From Candidatus Cloacimonadota bacterium (lineage in GTDB: Bacteria > Cloacimonadota > Cloacimonadia > Cloacimonadales > JAFGVF01), in contig JAEKNW010000194.1 in the NCBI GenBank assembly GCA_016838885.1, positions 1 through 58,777 of the forward strand: 58,777 bases of DNA. The letters run 5' to 3'. The stretch's first letter is position 1. Every line of letters begins with the position of its first letter. The translations under genes were made by a program, and so were the position numbers. Shown one piece after another: positions 54,724-58,777 of the stretch. The notes under the pieces were generated by a model. That model was not told where the DNA came from. It made no database searches and saw only the letters and a list, made by a program, of their open reading frames with translations.

Positions 54724-57700
54724 CTATTCATCACCTACTATATTCTTGCCACAACATTTTTTGTATTTTTTACCACTACCACAAGGGCATGGATCATTCC
54801 TACCAATTTTATCTGCATTAACTATTGGTTGAGTTTTGGTCTCTGGATGAGGGTTATTCATCTTTGGCATCTGCGCTTTGGGTTGTTCTTCTATTTGGGG
54901 AGCACTTTGCCTAAAGGCATCAACTTCGTTATGCATAGTCTTTATCCTATCTAAAACATCTTCAATATTAGCTTGGCTTACAAGTACGCGTGTAAATACC
55001 TTTTGCGTTACCTGCTCTTGGATCCGAAAAATCATATCTTCGAATACATAGAAACTCTCTTTTTTATATTCAATCAAGGGGTCCTTATTCCCATAAGCTC
55101 TTAAGCTAATTCCTTCTTGAAGTAGATCCATCTCGCGAAGATGCTCTCTCCAATTTGTATCAACTACCTCCAGTAAGGAACGTCTTTCTAGTTCTCTTTG
55201 ATTCTCAATTCCGACAATCTCTTCCTTCTGATCATACGCCCTGAAAAGTCTCTCTTCCATAATGTTTCTAAGTTGATCTACATCTAAATCTGGATTCATA
55301 ATTTTTTCATAATCTGTTGGAACACCAAGATTTACTTTTACCCACTTACATACTTCTTCAACTTCGTGATCCTCAACAAAAGATTTACTCTCCACAATTC
55401 GATCAATCACATTATTGATAGTGTCTGTAATCATATTGAGGATTTCATTTTTTAAATCATATCCTTTAAGAACGTTACTTCGATATTGATAAATAATTTC
55501 TCTTTGAGCTGTCATAACTTCATCATACTTAATTAGTCTCTTTCTAATTTCAAAGTTATGTTCCTCGACTCTTTTTTGAGCTTTAGATACAGCATTAGTC
55601 ATCCATGGATGAACAATCGGATCACCTTCTTTGGCACCCAGTTTCATCATCATTGGAGCAATTCTATCTGAACCAAAGAGACGCATTAAATCATCTTCTA
55701 ATGATAAATAGAATCTAGAAGTTCCAGGGTCTCCCTGTCTTCCTGCTCTACCCCGTAACTGCCTATCTATTCTTCTACTTTCATGTCTTTCTGAGCCTAT
55801 AACATGAAGACCATCCAGAGGAGCGCCATAAGGTTGTTTTTGGTTAATCCCATTATCACCATTTAGATAATCATCATGCTCTTGGGTAATCACACCAGCA
55901 CCAAGTTTAATATCTGTTCCTCTACCTGCCATGTTTGTAGCTATAGTTACAGCACCAGGACCACCAGCTCCAGCAATAATATCAGCTTCTCGTTCGTGAT
56001 TTTTAGCATTTAAAATATTGTGGGGTATCTTATTAAGTCTAAGCATCCTACTTAAAGTTTCTGATACTTCAACGCTTGTAGTACCTACCAAGACAGGTTT
56101 CTTTAATTCATGCCAAAAAGTAATCTCTCTGATGATTGCTTTATATTTCTCATTTTTTGTAAGATAGATGAAATCATCATGGTCAATTCTGGTAATCGGT
56201 ACATTAGTTGGAATTTCGATAACATTTAGTTTATATATTTCTAGGAATTCATTTTCTTCTGTAATAGCAGTACCGGTCATACCTGCCAGTTTATCAAACA
56301 TTCTAAAGTAATTTTGGAGGGTTATAGTTGCTAAAGTTTGAGATGCTTTTTGAATCTTGACTCTTTCTTTAGCCTCTAAAGCTTGATGTAGTCCATCACT
56401 AAACCGTCTGCCAGGCATTAAGCGGCCAGTGAATTCATCAACAATTTGAACCTGGTTATCCATGACAACATACTCTTTTTCTTTCTCAAATAAAGAATAT
56501 GCTTTCAATAACTGCTTAATATCATGTTGCTTTTCACTCTTATCCATAAAGTCACGGGTAACTCTTTCTTTCCTTTTTAACCTCTGCTCAACTGAGAGAG
56601 TATCATCCTTATCAACTGCATCTAAAAGCTCATCTAAAGTGGAAGCTATAAATAAATCTTCTTCATAATTATTTATTACTTCTTGTCCAATTTCACTTAA
56701 TTCAACGGTGTTTGCTTTTTCATCAATACTGAAATAAAGCTCTGCATTCAATTCATGCATCTTTTTGTCTCGAAGATAATTACCTTCTGTTACATTGCAT
56801 AATTTCTTAAGATCTGCTTCTTTCATATATTTGTTAAATGCTTTATTTTTTGGAGCAGCTAATTTCATTAATAATAATAATTTTCCAATTTCATTTGAAT
56901 CAGAATTAGGATCATCCAGGAGATTCTTTACCTTAGTACTAAGTTCTCTTACCAAATTATTTTGAAGGGTAGAAAGTCTTTCAATATAAGGTCTTAACTC
57001 CTGGTAGAAGTTTTTATCATCATCTACAGAACCAGATATAATCAAGGGAGTTCTAGCCTCATCAATTAAAATACTATCAACTTCATCAACGATTGCGTAA
57101 TAAAAATCTCTTTGCACTAATTGCTCAGCATGAACAGCCATATTATCTCTTAAATAATCAAAACCAAATTCACTATTCATTCCGTAAGTTACGTCATAAC
57201 GATATATTTTTTTCTTGTCTTCGAAAGACATGCCGTTAACTATACAACCGACTTTCATTCCATGAAATTCGAAGATGGGACTCATCCATTCAGCATCACG
57301 CTGGGCTAGGTATTCATTAACTGTAACTAAGTGAGCACCTTTACCAATCAAGGCATTCAAAAATAAAGGTAGGGTCGCAACAAGTGTTTTTCCCTCGCCA
57401 GTTGCCATCTCAGCAATATTACCTCGATGTAAAACTATCCCACCAATCATCTGAACATCATAAGGAACCATATCCCAGGTTGCAGAATTACCTCTAACCA
57501 GATATTCATGACCAAGTAATCTTCGGCATGTATCCTTTATTATGGCAAAGACCTCAACTAAATTAGCATCTAAGAGTTCTTGCACATTTTCTTTCAGTTC
57601 AGTTTTAATGACATCTAATTCATTACTTAATCTATCTTTCTTAGCCTCATTTATTTCAGTTATATACTCTTCACGAAGCTTTTCTATATTTTCAAATTGG

Positions 57701-57879
57701 GGATCTAACTCAGATTTTAAAGTATTCCTAATTTCAGCAATTCTGGCCTTAAGTTCTTCATCTGATAAGTTTTCCAACTCTACATATTTTTCATTAATCT
57801 CATTGATTATTGGGTATATTGTCTTTAAGAATTTCTCGTGCTTATCACCAAAAATCTTCTTTAATAATTTTTCAAACAT
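54724..57879 (-). CDS. secA: Preprotein translocase ATPase SecA
   Basis: 1051 aa. It has the Walker A MATGEGKT, the DEAD-like [19 protein letters not shown] and the C-terminal zinc motif [14 protein letters not shown]. Confidence 0.96.
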   Translation of the reverse strand: MFEKLLKKIFGDKHEKFLKTIYPIINEINEKYVELENLSDEELKARIAEIRNTLKSELDPQFENIEKLREEYITEINEAKKDRLSNELDVIKTELKENVQELLDANLVEVFAIIKDTCRRLLGHEYLVRGNSATWDMVPYDVQMIGGIVLHRGNIAEMATGEGKTLVATLPLFLNALIGKGAHLVTVNEYLAQRDAEWMSPIFEFHGMKVGCIVNGMSFEDKKKIYRYDVTYGMNSEFGFDYLRDNMAVHAEQLVQRDFYYAIVDEVDSILIDEARTPLIISGSVDDDKNFYQELRPYIERLSTLQNNLVRELSTKVKNLLDDPNSDSNEIGKLLLLMKLAAPKNKAFNKYMKEADLKKLCNVTEGNYLRDKKMHELNAELYFSIDEKANTVELSEIGQEVINNYEEDLFIASTLDELLDAVDKDDTLSVEQRLKRKERVTRDFMDKSEKQHDIKQLLKAYSLFEKEKEYVVMDNQVQIVDEFTGRLMPGRRFSDGLHQALEAKERVKIQKASQTLATITLQNYFRMFDKLAGMTGTAITEENEFLEIYKLNVIEIPTNVPITRIDHDDFIYLTKNEKYKAIIREITFWHELKKPVLVGTTSVEVSETLSRMLRLNKIPHNILNAKNHEREADIIAGAGGPGAVTIATNMAGRGTDIKLGAGVITQEHDDYLNGDNGINQKQPYGAPLDGLHVIGSERHESRRIDRQLRGRAGRQGDPGTSRFYLSLEDDLMRLFGSDRIAPMMMKLGAKEGDPIVHPWMTNAVSKAQKRVEEHNFEIRKRLIKYDEVMTAQREIIYQYRSNVLKGYDLKNEILNMITDTINNVIDRIVESKSFVEDHEVEEVCKWVKVNLGVPTDYEKIMNPDLDVDQLRNIMEERLFRAYDQKEEIVGIENQRELERRSLLEVVDTNWREHLREMDLLQEGISLRAYGNKDPLIEYKKESFYVFEDMIFRIQEQVTQKVFTRVLVSQANIEDVLDRIKTMHNEVDAFRQSAPQIEEQPKAQMPKMNNPHPETKTQPIVNADKIGRNDPCPCGSGKKYKKCCGKNIVGDE

Positions 57880-57910
57880 AATTTAAACCCTTTTTTTTAT
57901 TTATCTAACC

Positions 57911-57938
57911 AAATTAAAGGATTAGTCCAATTTGTCAA
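57911..57938 (-). promoter_or_regulatory. Candidate promoter of secA
   Basis: On the minus strand: TTGACA, N16, TAATTT, about 30 nt upstream of the ATG. This is weak evidence in AT-rich DNA. Confidence 0.25.
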
Positions 57939-58000
57939 ATTAAATATCTAATCATATTTTTTGAATTCAATTTTGCTTAATTTATTTCATATTATAGTCA

Positions 58001-58025
58001 AACCCGAATGGTGTAGTAGAACTTT
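58001..58025 (+). repeat. Solo terminal motif of the family-1 repeat
   Basis: AACCCGAATGGTGTAGTAGAACTTT directly abuts the full copy. Confidence 0.6.
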
Positions 58026-58190
58026 AACCCGAATGGTGCAGTAGAGCTTAAGAGAAGATTGCAGATTCTTTTAGCAAAATAACTTACAGAATTTGAAGGC
58101 ATATAATATATATATTCCTGAAAATTATGGTAGTTACTTTTGCAAAAGAATATAGTGCTATTCTCAAAGATCTACTTCATTATTTGGGTT
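58026..58190 (+). mobile_element. Family-1 palindromic MITE-like repeat, full-length copy (165 bp)
   Basis: The ends AACCCGAATGGTGCAGTAGA and TCTACTTCATTATTTGGGTT are imperfect inverted repeats. The interior is self-complementary around an ATATAATATATATAT centre. Confidence 0.65.
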
Positions 58191-58254
58191 TAATAATACT
58201 TCGCTAATACATTCTAAGTAGCTTTCTACTTCGCTTAAGCTACGTATCACAGGT

Positions 58255-58323
58255 GAAGAGTGCTAGATTCTTTTGCAAAAGAATATAGTGCTATTCACAA
58301 AGGTCTACTGCATTATTTGGGTT
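58255..58323 (+). repeat. Family-1 repeat, internally deleted copy lacking the left end
   Basis: GAAGAGTGCTAGATTCTTTTGCAAAAGAATATAGTGCTATTCACAAAGGTCTACTGCATTATTTGGGTT. The deletion falls between the two TTTTGCAAAAG segments. Confidence 0.6.
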
Positions 58324-58329
58324 AAACTA

Positions 58330-58560
58330 TGTGCAAAACCTGCTCCTATTATAAATATTGTTGATGGGGTTGGCTTTGCTCCTGCTTGGGCCCTATTAAA
58401 GCAAGTGGAAGAAGGCCCGAGATTCCCAACAACTCTTCTTTATATATCCAATGACATATTTCTCTGTCAAAAAGAGTTATCTCAAATAGTAAGAGTTTCT
58501 CAACATGTTATCATTTCTTATTTTACTTCTAGAGAGAGATTTACTGATGTTCTTACATAA
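58330..58560 (+). pseudogene. Possible remnant of an oxidoreductase NAD(P)-binding domain (ferredoxin-reductase / PyrK-like)
   Basis: The translation IVDGVGFAPAWALLKQVEEG..PTTLLYISND..FLCQKEL loosely follows the GGxGxxP...LLYg.r pattern. There is no proper start, and it is flanked by repeat copies. Confidence 0.25.
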
Positions 58561-58568
58561 AATACTTT

Positions 58569-58650
58569 AACCCGAATGATGTAGTAGTTTTTAGTAATTT
58601 TGCAGTAGAAGATAGTGCCATTCACAAATGTCTGCTGCATTATTTTGGTT
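58569..58650 (+). repeat. Family-1 repeat, short 82-bp version
   Basis: It runs from AACCCGAATGATGTAGTAG to GTCTGCTGCATTATTTTGGTT. Confidence 0.6.
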
Positions 58651-58651
58651 T

Positions 58652-58777
58652 AACCCGAATGGTGCAGTAGAACTTTGATGAAGAGTGCTAGATTCTTTTA
58701 GCAAAATAAGTTACAGAATTTGAAGGCATATAATATATATTCCTGAAAATTATGTAGCTTACTTTTGCAAAAGAAGA
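58652..58777 (+). mobile_element. Family-1 repeat, copy truncated by the window end
   Basis: AACCCGAATGGTGCAGTAGAACTTTGATGAAGAGTGCTAGATTCTTTTAGCAAAATAAGTTACAGAATTTGAAGGCATATAATATATAT... is collinear with 58026-58190. Confidence 0.6.

Noticed and set aside
57990-58777. A CRISPR-like array, suggested by the recurring 20-25-nt motif AACCCGAATGGTGCAGTAGA
   Set aside because: Spacing is irregular: two copies abut with no spacer at 58001/58026. Each motif has an inverted partner forming a palindromic unit. The sequences between motifs are themselves repeated. No cas genes are present.

Overview
This is an AT-rich chromosomal window from a diderm bacterium. Gene content and a T9SS-type C-terminal sorting domain suggest an FCB-group or Cloacimonadota-like anaerobe, but that is inference only. 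About 46 tightly packed, mostly housekeeping CDS lie in strand blocks: minus 127-3263, plus 3616-23331, minus 23425-26544, plus 26683-48552 and minus 48611-57879. Recognisable content:
- trmFO, serC and maf
- an extended cell-elongation operon: tsaB-mreB-mreC-(CofE-like)-mreD-mrdA-rodA-lipoprotein
- htrA, trxB and gdhA
- ribH-nusB embedded in an envelope glycosyltransferase / radical-SAM neighbourhood
- rpsA, lysS, a LolE-like permease, lptD-gmhB and an M16 peptidase pair
- a minus-strand operon: secA-hyp-topA-permease-nuclease-queC-hutD-like

I saw no rRNA, tRNA, CRISPR array, cas gene, transposase, integrase, phage gene or recognisable defence gene, so I cannot point to an obvious novel protein system.

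The unusual part is the non-coding fraction:
1. A roughly 165-bp palindromic MITE-like repeat family. It is present at the window start, at 15.9 kb and 24.9 kb, and piled up at 58.0-58.8 kb. Its ends supply the last codons and stop codons of trmFO and mreC.
2. A separate 357-bp element with 24-bp terminal inverted repeats and an 8-bp target duplication.
3. A structured repeat of roughly 165 bp in inverted copies flanking serC-maf.
4. A GC-rich 138-nt four-way-junction fold fused to 21-bp and 11-bp tandem repeats in the gdhA / FGE-gene spacer. This is the most interesting unexplained signal.

Protein-level candidates worth follow-up:
- an outer-membrane barrel with tandem ComEA-like HhH domains, next to a secreted 5'-nucleotidase
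- a synthase-type GT2 / flippase-like / OM-barrel module led by an AMIN-TPR-TM-HTH membrane protein
- a GT2 plus radical-SAM/SPASM pair co-transcribed with nusB

All product calls rest on motifs read by eye; no database search was possible.
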